A DNA stretch of 64,000 nt from Mytilus californianus (lineage: Eukaryota). Shown piece by piece: positions 11,334 to 23,949 of the stretch. Location: positions 6,820,001 to 6,884,000 of the forward strand of contig NW_026262667.1 of assembly GCF_021869535.1 (NCBI RefSeq). Direction: 5' to 3'. The position numbers and the translations under genes were made by a program. Within the stretch, counting starts at the first letter, position 1. Every line of letters begins with the position of its first letter. The notes under the pieces were generated by a model. The model was not told the DNA's origin and ran no database searches. It was given only the letters and a program-made list of their open reading frames with translations.

Positions 11334-14300
11334 CTGCTTAGATAATAACTATTGAACATTCACAACATAGACGGAACAGATCTTAACTGACTGCACTCGA
11401 ATTGTCTGAACAGTACTGAACTTATCACGATGGATAATTCTAGCAATTGTCTAAAAAAACTCAACATGACTAACGAATGTATTGTTCATTCTCCTCAGAG
11501 CGGAATGACACTTTCAATTTGAAAATTGTTTATTTTTATTGATAAAAAAAATCCTTCCGGAGGTACACGTATATTGACTGCGGGTTTCCTAATCCGATAT
11601 AGGATTTTTAATAAAAGCCAAAACATAATGCCACTCTTTTTTAATGTCGACATAATCGTTAGTACCAGAATATATAAAAAAAAAGATACAGGTCCAGGTA
11701 GTGTTGACAGCAAGTCATACTGCAAGGGATACATTCCGTAAGTATTTTTCGAAATGAAAAAAAATTATAGATATTTGTATTAGTTATATTGTGCCAAATT
11801 TTCACAGGCTTTGCCATCACGTTTCCATGTTTAATGTCATTTTCATTGTAATTTACAGTTCCTACCTCGGGTTGTGGAAGGGATACATAGAACTATGAGT
11901 GTCTATCCGTATGTAAGACTCGATTTTGTACAAATTTACTTCTCAGATAAAAGAGATTTTTCAATATGTCAAATTTGCTCTTGAAAACCGATACATATGT
12001 TGACATGGTATCATGCCAATCCTGAGAAGATGCACTGTAAGAAACCAATGTATCTACTAGCTATTAAACATCATTTACTTTACTTTTAGACCTTTTGTCA
12101 ATCTAAAATTATTGTCTGATTGATTGTCAGGGATAAAGTTCAATAAAACACTAAAAACATCTATTTTGATATTTCGTGGTAGAGCAGACTAGAAATTTCC
12201 AAAGTTTGAAAAATATTGCCCTAGATAATTAACACAAAAAAAGAAAAGAAGATAAGTTATGCATTTTTAAGATTAAAAAATAAAGTTTGTTGTCACAGGC
12301 TTTTGGTAAAAAATTCAAGGCGGTTTTAGTGAACGGTGTGTCCGACTATTCTGTTTTAGTACATTTTACGAATAAATCAATCAATATGTCTAATTTTTTT
12401 TTTTAAATGAGTTAACATAAATTTTTAAAATGTACCGATATACACTGAAAGTTATATATATATATAAATATTTGTAATAGGACGAAACTTTTGTTTTTTG
12501 TTATTCAAACACACTCATGACTCATTACAAAGGTAATTCACTTGATCATTTATATAAATTTGGTTACTGCGAATCATAAATGTTATTATATTAACACGTA
12601 GCCCTTCATAATTAAAATAATGAAACTTGAAGCGAGGTTATATCTCAATATTTGTGTTAAGTACATTTTTAGAACACAACATTAATTTCAAACACGTCTG
12701 AACGTAAAATAGTGTACCCGACTTTCTTATTAAGATAAGAATATTGCCCACTTTAGAATTTCTTTCCCCATACAATTAATCCCTTCTTTTATCTTTCTAT
12801 GATTTGCTTTGCAGTGAAATTTATGCTTATGCATTATAAAGATCCATATGTATTTGCAACTGCCGAAATCGTCTTTTTTGTGAAAATCTGTGTTTAATTC
12901 AAAAGTTGTACAAATATATCTACGCTCCGTACTGTATATAACAAGTTTATGAGATAGACAAAATCCTAAATATGTACCTACATTAAACTTTTAAAGGCCA
13001 CAGAAACAGACGTCAACAACCCAAATGTACCAACTGGGCCATTTTAACCTTCTCTGATCCAGTTACATCGCTTTCTTTTAATTTCAACCAGATACCAGCC
13101 TGAACAATATATAACTGGGTATGCTTTTCTCAATATCAGAAATGATTTGTTACGATTCTAATATCGCATATGAAGACGAGGGATGTATAGATTAGAGGCA
13201 TGCATTCGGGTAATTTATCAAATACATTGGGTTTTCTTAATTTGTCTATCGTCAGCCTCTTTTTACCGGCATCATGAACCAGATATTTACGTCTGATACT
13301 GATTACAACAGACCCTTTTGGACCTGGTAATAGAGATATATAAGATTCAATAATGTTGAATATAATGAATCATTTCTTACAATACTGATGTATCAATTGA
13401 TGTACATTGGGAAGATTGTTTTGGATTTTTTGTTATTTAAATTACTTGTTATCATATTTATATGTATTAAACAACAGATAACTGGCTAAAATGATTATGA
13501 TTTATCAAAGATTTAAATGGAAATTTTTCTCATTGTTTCTCTCCTGTAAATATTTTCTGTAAGGTATTGCTGATGTTATTGTATGTTATCCATGTTAGCC
13601 TTGTATGCCATTTCCTGATGGTATACGCGTCGATGTAATCCGTATGCATGTCATGTATATGATGTTACCTAGTTTTTTTTTATTACGTTTCTGAAATTGC
13701 TATATCGGATTAAATGGTGGGACCAACCTAATAAGTTTATTCAATTTCTACATTTGTCGCTATTCACATCTTTTTTTTCAGTGCACTACTTCATACCTTA
13801 CTTATAACAAAATTTCAATACACTTTATTGTTGGCTTGTTTTGGTCATATAGCATTAATGTGTTCACGCTATTTTATAGTATATGATAGTATATGATGCT
13901 TAAACAGGACTGATAATGGCTAGTTTTTACAATACGATATGTAATATGGATACCTATAATGTAGATTCAATATGTGTATTACTTTTGATCCTTCATATAA
14001 CAACCATATGGTCTAACTGTTACTTCATTTATTTTAAAATTCTGTAAACTTAGAACCGAACAAAAAAGTCTCTTAGAATAAAACTACTTACTTTGATATA
14101 CTTTCAATATATGCATAAAAAGTAATAAAGTGCAAATCAGTAACGGGACACAATACAAGGTTTGGCAACATTTTATCCATCTCTGAAATGCAATAGATTA
14201 CGTGTGAATATATCAATTTGCATTTTCGTGTTTTGAAAAGCAATACAGTTTTTCAATGCATATCCAAATACTTTAATGAAAAAACCGGTAGTTCTTATCC

Positions 14301-14807
14301 AAATAAGCATATGTATATTATGTTGATACATGTCAGTGAGATTCAATTTTATGTTTTTTTAAACTTTCACAAAAATTGTCCATAAGTATTTTTCGAAATG
14401 AAGCAAAGCGATTTCAGACGACGAAATTAACTTTATCGTCAAGAAGAAAGATAAAGAAATATGTGTCTCGATTTACATAGTTTACCTTTAAATGAAAAAT
14501 GTTCCTGATATTCCTTAAAGCCATTTTACGCTGAAAAAGGTATTTACAGTTTAAGAAAAATAAAGTATGATTTGCTTGATTAGAGTTTAAAGCATATTTT
14601 TGTTGTGGTTGGGTAATTTTCTAATGAACTCAGTGTCGATCAGATCTAGATTCTGAAAGGTTATGAAAAATCTATTCTACAACCTTCAATAGCAACCAAT
14701 CCAATCTTTAAAAACTAAGAAAATATTGTTTTTACATTTTCCACTAATACATAAAATGCTTGAACAACTAAATATTATTGTTATACACATATGTACGTTC
14801 ACGGTCC

Positions 14808-15316
14808 TACAATCTGTCGATACCTATATTTTGGCATTGCACAAAGAGTACTCTCAAATCTGTTCTTTGTGTCTTTTGTGTTTTTGTTATGTTGTTTTGT
14901 GCTTTGTATATATCTGATGAGTTAAGCCATTTTCAACTGATTTTTATAGTTTATTCTTATATTGTACTGTAACACCACTGTCCCTGATTAAGCGAATGGT
15001 TAGGCGCTAAATTTAACCCCTCCAGTATTTGTATGTAAAAGTCCCAAGTCAGGAGCCTGTAATTCAGTGGCTGTCGTTTGTTACTGTATACCATATTAGT
15101 TTTTCGTTCATTGTTTTGTGCATAAATCAGGCCGATAGATTTTTCGTTTAAATTGTCTTACATTTTTAATTTCGGGACATTTTATAATGTACTTTGCGGT
15201 ATGGATTTTGCTCTTTGTTGAAGGCCGTACGATGACCTATAGTTGTTAACGTCTATGTCAGTTGGTCTCTAGAAGAGAGTTGTTTAACTGGAAATCATAC
15301 CATATTTTATTTTTAT
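14808..15316 (+). repeat. Family D 3'-region copy with internal deletion
   Basis: tacaatctgtcgatacc...tctgatgagttaagcc...gaaggccgtacgatgacctatagttg. Confidence 0.8.
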
Positions 15317-15374
15317 ATCGACTGACATTTAGGCGACCCAAGTTAAGCGATATTTAGATATTATCGATCTAATG

Positions 15375-15925
15375 AGGAGACAAATCAAGGTAATTAACAA
15401 AAGTTGAGGGAATCATATGAATTCGAGAAGGTGCTGACCCTGTGCGTCGACAGAGTAGCGTCTTCTGTCAGTCAAAACATATCTAAACTTCGAACACATA
15501 TTGCAAAGGGGTTTATATTACTTTTTGTAACGGTCAACCAATTAATGATGATGACATTAAAACTTATGTAGTGTCTATTTCAGTCATTGTTTCCTCATAA
15601 CTCTGTTCGATCATTTTTGTGTCTCGTGCACACTCCTTCTGATGACGTCTGTATATTGTGAACATGTATACACGTAATGTATCAATTAAGATATGGTAAC
15701 GGATGTTTGGGAAGAGGTTATTTAACTGCCTAGAACTAGGTAACAGTTGGAAAGTTGAAATCATTACGTTTGTTATAAATTTTAGTTCGAATTTTGCATG
15801 ACAGGTTTTTTCTTTTTGTCTCTCAAAAAATATCATCTGAATTCTGTTCCTATGAAAGAAGTCCGACAGTAGGGTTGCACAATTAGAACCAATTGGAAAA
15901 CCGACGGATATAAACATTTGCTGTT
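15375..15925 (-). mobile_element. Degenerate Penelope-like RT (third family)
   Basis: SVGFPIGSNCATLLSDF resembles TVGIPMGTNCAPLLADL; 3' end at 15375-15480 is shared with 40910-41000. Confidence 0.55.
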
Positions 15926-16071
15926 ACAGAATGTTTGCAAACAGGGAATATATCTCCCTCATGCAAAACTCTGATTTCTGGCCGACTTTAGCTATTCTTT
16001 TTGTCTTGTTTATTTTTATCAGCTCTCCAATGTTTTAATAAGTTTTGGATTTTCAAAGAATTTGACCTTGA

Positions 16072-16115
16072 GCACCACTGAAGAGACATTTATAGTCGAA
16101 ATGCGCATCTGATGC
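16072..16115 (+). ncRNA. Minimal type I hammerhead ribozyme, near-intact (palindrome AUGCGCAU; predicted cleavage after C16109)
   Basis: Stem I gcacca/tgatgc (1 mismatch), core CUGAAGA, stem II gac/gtc, GAA, palindromic stem III, AUC cleavage triplet. Confidence 0.75.
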
Positions 16116-16182
16116 AGTTGCATTGGTACCGTTAATGTGATTCAGTGAGACCTTATCTATATAAAGTTTATCAAGTCGAAAA

Positions 16183-16880
16183 GAAAAAAAACCAACCAAA
16201 TGACAAACATTTCACAAAACACATCATAGAAAACTAAAGACTGAGCAACGCCCCCCCCCTCTCCCCTCCCCCCCCCCCCCCAAAAAAAATAGCCGGGTGG
16301 ATCCTAAGTGGTCCGGAAGGGTAAGCCGATCCTGCTACACAGGTGGCACTCGTGGCACCTGTCGTTATGAACACTTGTTTACATTCAGATTTAAGGGCCT
16401 GGTCATATTAGGCAAGAACATGTGTAACAATATTAAACTTAATAATCTAATTTTGGTGTACTGTGTTAGTATCTTCTGCGCATCGTTGCTTTTGAAAATC
16501 ACTCTTATATTTTGTTCTCATTCATTTATAGTGAACTGCCACACAAAAATTGAAGGAATGAAGTCAAGCAAAAGTAAGTACAAAATTTTGCGACCAAATA
16601 TGATCATAATGTGAAGTATGAGATTATGAAAAATAAACGTTAACGTGTATAGTAAAACAAACAAAAATCATAACATAAGAAAGGAAAATCAAAACATATA
16701 TGTCGAACATAGACTGACAAAACATGCGAGGGGAAAAACAAAAAACGATACAAAGACATACAAACGTCTACAAAACACTACACAAAAAACTTAAGACTGA
16801 GCAACATTAACCCAACCAAAAACCCTGCGAAAGGCTAAACAAATGCTGGCCCCATGTGACACCCGTATTGTTTTTATGCT
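16183..16880 (-). repeat. Two degenerate family A 3'-end copies (about 16183-16372 with a poly-C expansion, and 16735-16880)
   Basis: aaaactaaagactgagcaac and ccggaagggtaagc motifs. Confidence 0.6.
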
Positions 16881-17122
16881 AGTAATGATCGTTTTGAATT
16901 CGTTACTTCAGATATTGCCTACGTCGCATCATCATATAGAACGTCTAAATTCATGCACCCGATATCTTAAAAAGTATTCATTCTACACTTTGTTACATCT
17001 TCATAAATAATGAAGGGCTGATTTATGTACAAAACAATGAACGAAAAACAAATATGATATACCGCAACAATATTTGGCAATGCAAAATATAGGTATCGGC
17101 AGATTTTAGAACCATGAATATA

Positions 17123-17319
17123 CTATCAGATTATTACATGACATTTTTCATATCAGATATATTATCAGCCTAAGGTTCAATATCAGCCCAAGATTCTTAT
17201 CAGATGTATTATCAGCCCAAGGTTCAATATCAACCCAAGAACCGAAGACTCGAGGGCTGATATTTAGCGAGGGCTGATAATACATCTGATATGAAAAATG
17301 ACATGTAATAATCTGATAG
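17123..17319. mobile_element. MITE (about 48-bp TIRs, TA flanks, internal about 45-bp tandem duplication) inside a larger palindrome 17077-17366
   Basis: ctatcagattattacatgacatttttcatatcagat / atctgatatgaaaaatgacatgtaataatctgatag. Confidence 0.7.
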
Positions 17320-18961
17320 TATATTCATGGTTCTAAAATCTGCCGATACCTATATTTTTGCATTGCATAAGGTCATGTTTTTCTCTGAATGTTAATAACG
17401 TCTTTACACTAAATCCATTGGATGTTAGATGTGTACTGATTGATATGTTAGTCTTAGACACATGATTTTTTAAAGAATGATCCTGTTAAGTGGTTCTCAA
17501 AAAGTGAAAAGTTTACGAACGACGGACGCCAAATGTGATACATCCGATATGAAATCTTTCTATCATATGCCTCAACAGAGGAGAAAAAGAACTGTATAAT
17601 ATATTTTTATATTGACAAAAATCAACAAAACATAATGAACACTGTTTGGAAAAGTCAACATTTGTAAAGTAACTTGCTAAATTATGCTGGAAACTTTGAA
17701 AAATGCATTTATTGTATAATTTGTTTTGCATTTTGCATAATATAATTTTCTGTTTCCTAATATTTGTTTTGTATCCTACTTTGTTAGTTTTTCACTGAAA
17801 ACGTACCATTGAGGTGTATTTAACGGAATTTGCCGAGTACGCGTTGGAATTCCATTCAATAACTTTATGGAAAGGCATGGGATAATAGCCGGAAGCAGTT
17901 GATAAATTTTTAATATCAGCCCGCTAAGCAACATGTCAGAAAATACGGAATTCACGTAAATGAAATGCTATTATCATACTGTAAAAATTATAAGTTATTT
18001 ACTCTAAGAATAAGATAAATATGTGTATAACAATAATATTTACTTTGGTTTAAATTTACTGATAACAAAATCAATATTTATACTGATAAAAGTATTTAGT
18101 AAAGGTATTAAGTAATTTGGTAACGAAATCCTTCAAATACATAGATTACGTTCATTGAAATCCAAAACATCAGTATAGATAGAGGCATAGCGAATGCGTT
18201 GGGATATATAAACACCGTTAGATGGTGCAAAATGAACATCAGCGTCCAAAAAAGGAAAACTAACAATATGGAACAAAAAAATCGAGTTTCTCGTGTAAAA
18301 CTGAAATACCCAAATCTAGGAAAAGACAGTTATTACCGTTTATAAAAAATAAAATAACAAAAATACCGAACTCAAAGGAAAATTCAAAACGGAAAGTCCC
18401 TTATCAAGTGGCAAAATGAAAAGCTCATACACATCAAACGAATGGAATATCGATTTATTTTAAGTAAGTTCCTTTGGGTACATTTTGCCAGTATATTTTT
18501 AAAAATCTTGATTATTTAACGAAAAATATGAAGATAAGGGTAGCAGCTGTTGTTGGATTTATCAACTAAATTGAACTTAGACGAGTTTTAGGCCATACAC
18601 TGTATTTCATAACAGTACAGGAACAAGTCTACTATTAAAAGGGCGAAATTGGTGCCCATGGGAATACCTACAATCTGTCGATAAACTTCATTGTCGAAAC
18701 GTACATAAATATTTGCAAGGAGAACATTTACAGCTTCAATCATCTCATCACACATCTAGTAAGTACACCTACCATATTCTTTCTATTTAAAGAAGAAGGC
18801 TTCATATGAGTTGCAGCAAATAAATTTTCAATCATATTTTTCACACGACCATTTAATTAAATATGAAAAATTTTGTTTGATGAAATTGTGTGGAAGTGTA
18901 GTGTAAAGAGTTGAAAAGTCAAAACTGTCATCCGAATTAAAAGGACCAATAAAAGCACGAA

Positions 18962-19168
18962 GGGGCATCGGTGGCCGAATGGTCTTAGTAGTCGAACTAC
19001 TGTATCACTAGCCTCGACTCTAATCTTAATTGACTAGGATTGTCAGTTTTCCTATCGAAGGTCATTGGTTCTCTCAGGGCACTCCGGCTTCTTCCACCAG
19101 TAAAAACTGACCGCCACGAAATAGCACAATAGTGCCGAAAGTGGCGTTAAAACAATCAATCAATCAAC
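18962..19168 (+). mobile_element. tRNA-derived SINE (V-domain-like core), B-box region deleted, (CAAT)n tail
   Basis: A box tggccgaatggt; core ctctcagggcactccggcttcttccacc; 3' gaaagtggcgttaaaac. Confidence 0.75.
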
Positions 19169-19417
19169 CAAACGCACGTAATTTATCTAAAACATTTTTT
19201 CACACTCTAAAATAGTTAATTCCACTATTTCAAATGTTTTATTACAAGAGTTAATGATAAGTTCTTTGATAGTAGTTAAGAAACTGGTTAAAAGTAACGA
19301 ACGTTTTTTTGTAGAACACTTACTAGAAGCCGAGAAAAAACGATGTTTTACGGGTTTTTTGTAATGGCCGGACCTTTACGAATAACCGACGATTGGGCTC
19401 AAGCAGAATACGACTAT

Positions 19418-19915
19418 CAGGTGCTGATACTTTAATCTATGAATCAATCTGACAAATGGTAAAAAGCCGAAAAATACAAATTAAATAACAATTTTGAAAT
19501 GGTTGAATAAATGTTATGATGACCAAAGTGTTAAATATAAATGATAGCACAGTTCGTTGAATGCGAGAAAACGTTGTAATTTTAAGAACAGTTAAATTTC
19601 CAGTATTTCACGGAGAAAGAGTTCAAATATGTGACGAGCAGTTTTAAGGCATCACATACAATGTTATAAATGTAACTCAATCTGTGTTGAGCCAAACATT
19701 GTGTCTACGATGACGTCTGTTCCTCGGTTCCGTAATGACCTTGCAGTACTGTCCGAGATACGTGTGAAAAGGGAACTGGTAACACTAATTTCGATTATCA
19801 AATGTTTTACACATGTTTAAGATGTATAATCCTCCTAGATTTGGAAAACATACATTGATTATGAAAATAATCAAGCAAACTATATAAATTGATGAAAGAG
19901 GTTCCAAAATACTGA
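19418..19915. repeat. About 500-bp diverged direct repeat, left copy (right copy 23124-23915, interrupted at 23513-23811)
   Basis: Colinear blocks such as caggtgctgatactttaatctatgaat, ttttaagaacagttaaatttccagtatttcac and aaactatataaattgatgaa. Confidence 0.85.
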
Positions 19916-20970
19916 TATCTATCGGATATCACTATTCCACGAATAAATAATATATGAATATAAGATTACTATATTAATACATAGTTTCACTAATCTATAG
20001 ACACTTAATAATCATCTTCAGGAATCATGTCCACGATCGGTCGTCTGAAAAAGGTTCGTAATTCATCCTATGGGAAACTAGGTATGCCACAGTGTTTATT
20101 CCTTCTGAATAACGACGCCTCCTTTGATAAGATAGCGGCGATCTATGATCCAAGATGGTCCTACAGTTAGTCAGACGAGAGTTAGTAATCGGTTTTCTTC
20201 TGAGTTTGCGGAATGTCAATGTTTTGCGAGTAACAGACGAAATTGAGCGTTTCACCCTAACGTTTCATCCGGCAGATCTAGTTGCTGCCTCTGTGAAATA
20301 GCAACCTCGATGTTTGATCTTGTCATAGTAGTGTCGGACAAAAGGCATTGCTATATGATGACGTCCAGATAGGATCACTGGTTCCGTTTCACTATGACTG
20401 AAATCCGATTTGACGATACGGTCTCCTATTCGGAGTCGTCCTTGCTTGTGTAAAAGCGGATTGAAGTTGGCCATCGGGCCTTGCTTCGGGATAGGTTGCT
20501 GTCTGCAAATACAAGTTATTTCTTTTCCATTAACTTCAGGTCATGGTGATTCCAGAATAAAATTTGCGTCATCCAAAAAATTCCCCATAGAAGTCAAAGA
20601 TTTTGCCTTTGGTGACAACAAGAAGTGTCCATTTAGAGACATGCTTAAATACATTAGACTACGATCCGAGTCCGGTACACTCAAATAATTGTATGGCATG
20701 CGTTTTTCCAACCTTGATAGTTGAAATTAATTTCGGTCGTTATCTGGAACAACGAGTTGATTTTGCTCCTCCAAGGTTCTTTTCGGTCTCGTGACAAGAT
20801 TTGCTGTGGTTTGCTAGTCAAGATGTTTGTTATCTTTGCGTTTACCTCGAAAGGAACAGTTTGCTTTCCATGTGTGTCTCTCCAACTATGACCCAACCCA
20901 GTTTCAGCTTTTGGGCAAATGGAGCTCTGGATGGTCCTTGGCGTTGTTCAGGGACGTGGTGGTGTGCCTC

Positions 20971-21157
20971 TTCCGGAGCACCTGAGATCACCCCAAGTTT
21001 TGGGTGGGGCCCGTGTAGCTCAGTCTTTAGTTTTCTATGTTGTGTTTTGTGTACTATTGTTTGTCTAACGGTCTTTTTCTTTTTTAGCCATGGCGTTGTC
21101 AGTTTATTTTCGACTTATGAGTTTGAATGTCCGTCTGGTATCTTTCGCCTCTCTTTT
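20971..21157 (+). repeat. Family A 3'-end copy inserted into the BEL/Pao element
   Basis: Splits the BEL reading frame ILLLIGKV | EAHHHVPEQRQGP. Confidence 0.88.
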
Positions 21158-22878
21158 AAGACTTTTCCAATAAGCAGTAGAATTTTGTACTGTTTATCAA
21201 ACTGTGAAACTCTTTCGCTAAGGTATTGTAAGTGTCGATAGTGCAAAGTTTGACCAGGTGTCGTTATTTCGTTCCGATTATTGGGAATATTATCACATTC
21301 AATTAATGTAGGCAAATCGAATTGTACATCACCATGTACGGATTTCATGACGAAATCTCTTCCTCTTTTCCTCGAAGTAGCTACTCTGCCGGAGCACGTT
21401 AATAGAGTATAGTTTTCCAGTTTATCTCGTACACCAAAAAGACTGGAGAATTACGACGAGGAAATAGGCCGGTTGCTTGGGTCGTCAATGATGGCGTGCA
21501 TCCGGATCGCTTTTTTAGCCTTGTCCTTGTTAAACACATCTACTGTTAATATCTTGTCACAATATTTCCTTCTCTTAAGATCCATGTAGATTTCTGTCGC
21601 ACTTGTAGCAAACATTGTTTAGTTTTAACCATTGTTTGCGTTTTTCAATTGGCTTGGCTCGGAACACTAGGCATTCGTTCAACGGATGCTTTGTTTGGTG
21701 TAGGATACAAAGATCTTGTTGTTGACTGCTGTCTCAAAGCTGCTGTTTAAATTCCGTTGGTTTTAGAGTGCATCTGAGGTGTGAACTTTGGTGCAGCACC
21801 TTTTGTAGCTAGTGTGACTTCCAATTCGATGATGAATCCATGATCGTTCTTGATATTGCTTATTTCTCTGATAAATGCAGAGAATTCCGTATAAGGCGGA
21901 AAGGCAAGTTCGTATTTGGACGTATATCTTGAAGCCCTGTTTATCCACTTTTCTTGGAGTCCATAAGGCAATTTTGACACCATTTGTTTTATTCCGAATA
22001 GTCGAAGTAAGCAAGCAAACATGTCAGCTTGGGATTTTCCCTGTGATATTTCATTTCTGATAGAATATCAGACAATTCATAAAGAAGTTACTTGTCCTTG
22101 TTAGTCATCTTTGGGAAGTTGACAAGTTTATTCACGAGAGACGCCTCCAACATTTCTGGAGCACCATACCGCTCGTCAAGTATCTGCCATACTCTTTGTA
22201 GATTTTTTGTTTGGTTGTTGGCGTTCGACGCCCTCTTACTAATGGCATGTTTGACAGACTCTTGTCCTAGCCACTTGATCATAAGGTTTATCTGTTTCGA
22301 GTCTGAAACTGGTTACTCTTCCCTGACGTTCTTGAAACAGGCTTTACATGCGTGAAAAGATTCAGCCCGGTCATGGAAGTTTGTTAACCTGAACATCAGC
22401 AGGTCCTTACGCAGGAGAAATCTTGTTATATCCGATGACGGATTGATATAATGATTGTTATTGGTAGGCATGGAAGTTTGAATCACGGGTGTTGATTGGT
22501 GAGCGACGGGGATCTCCTCTGAAACGCTCTGTTTTTTGTTTGTTCGTTACTGTTCCCAGATCTAGGAAAAAAGTAACTTCTGGTGACGTAGCATTTGCAG
22601 GTGAAGCAGCAGGTTCTTGTAATAGAGAGTCTCTATCCTAAGCTGGAACAAACTCATGCGCATTATGAATCAGACTAGCTATGTTTTATGTATGTGTAGA
22701 TTCACGCATGCCGGTTGCTTCTGGCACGACTGCAGAATTCAGATTTTAGTTAACAAAGTTTTGTACACGTTGGAGTTTGTCTTCAGTTTCGTCAGGAAGA
22801 TCCCTCAGCCCTTGACTGTCGTCGTACTCCAGTTCAATGAGTTCACATAATTGCCTAGTCTCGGGATTTTTTACTGGC

Positions 22879-23121
22879 TGTACAGCATCTACTTGGAATT
22901 CCGCTCCTGCTTGGATTTTTTTTTCCGGACGCTCGATTCCTTCTTGTCATTCTACGTGTTTTTAATTAACTAACAGTTTGTACTATTAAAATATAATGTC
23001 GCCATCGTTGCCACAACTTCTTTGGTTTGCTGCATTGGACACACATTCAGTGCTGCGTATTGTTGAGTAACAATTACGAACTATGCTTCGTTGTATTTCC
23101 ACGTCAGGATAAGTGTAGACA
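22879..23121 (-). repeat. Putative 5' LTR of the BEL/Pao element (TGT...ACA)
   Basis: Minus strand starts tgtctacac and ends gctgtaca, directly upstream of gag. No partner LTR is present to confirm. Confidence 0.5.
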
Positions 23122-23512
23122 GGCAGGTGCTGATACTTTAATCTATGAATAAATTTGACAAATGGTAAAAAGCTGAAAAAATAACAATGTCACAATGAGC
23201 CGAATAAATGTTATTATGAACGTAATGTCAAATATAACTGAATGTGAGAAAATTTTGTAATTTTAAGAACAGTTAAATTTCCAGTATTTCACAGAGAAAG
23301 AGTTCAAATATGTGATGAGCAGTTTGAAGGCATCACATTCAATGTTATAAATGTAACTAACTCTGTGGTAAGCCACACATTGTGTCAAAGATGACGTCTA
23401 TACGAAAATGTTCATTGGTTCCGTAATGACTTTGCAGTTTTGTTCAGATACGTATGAGAAAGAAAATTGGTAACAACATTTTCGATAATTAGATGTATTA
23501 CAATGTTGACTG

Positions 23513-23811
23513 CTGTACCCTAATTTATTTAGGTAATATTTTTACCTATTATGTCTGTTTGTTTTGCTCACACATTGTTGTCAATATTATAGAATTTTAT
23601 GCCACTGTCATACAAGTGAGATGTTTAGCTAGCTATAAAACCACGTTTAATCCACCATTTTCTACATAAGGAAATGCCCGTACCAAGTCAGGAATATAAC
23701 AGTTGTTTTCCATTCGTTTGATGTGTTTGAGCTTTTGATTTTGCCATTTGTTAAGGGACTTTCCGTTTAAAATTTTCCTTGGAGTTCGGTATTTTTTTAT
23801 TTTACTTTTTA
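23513..23811 (+). repeat. Family E-related 3' segment inserted in the right copy of the 500-bp direct repeat; further copies at 18338-18445(-) and 41893-42058(-)
   Basis: aagggactttccgtttaaaattttccttggagttcggtattttt; absent from the left copy at the equivalent position. Confidence 0.75.
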
Positions 23812-23949
23812 CACAGGTTTAAGATGTATAATCCTCCCAGGTTAAGAACACATACACTGATTGTGAAAATAATGAAAACAAACTATATAAATTGATGAAC
23901 GAGGTTCCCGAATAGTTGTCTAGGTAACAAATATACAGTAGGGACCTTT

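Larger units (their letters stand above)
20030..23121 (-). mobile_element. BEL/Pao LTR retrotransposon remnant: 5' LTR, gag, protease region, RT/RNase H deleted, integrase N-terminus, 3'-truncated
   Basis: Gag: IKWLGQES, WQILDERYGAPEM, KLPYGLQEKW, FPPYTEFSAFI. Pol: LPTLIECDNIPNNRNEI, AQKLKLGWVIVGET, GRLRIGDRI..PVILSGRHHIA..RHY..KH.G, RKLR. Many stops and frameshifts. Confidence 0.85.

Noticed and set aside
11573-11599. IDCGFPNPI, resembling the start of a sushi/CCP domain
   Set aside because: Followed immediately by multiple stops; no further domain cysteines in frame.
13100-13330. About 65-codon open minus-strand frame (PGPKGSVVISIRR...) as an upstream exon of the HtrL-like gene
   Set aside because: No phase-1 donor and no recognisable homology; a closer compatible exon exists at 5006-5051.
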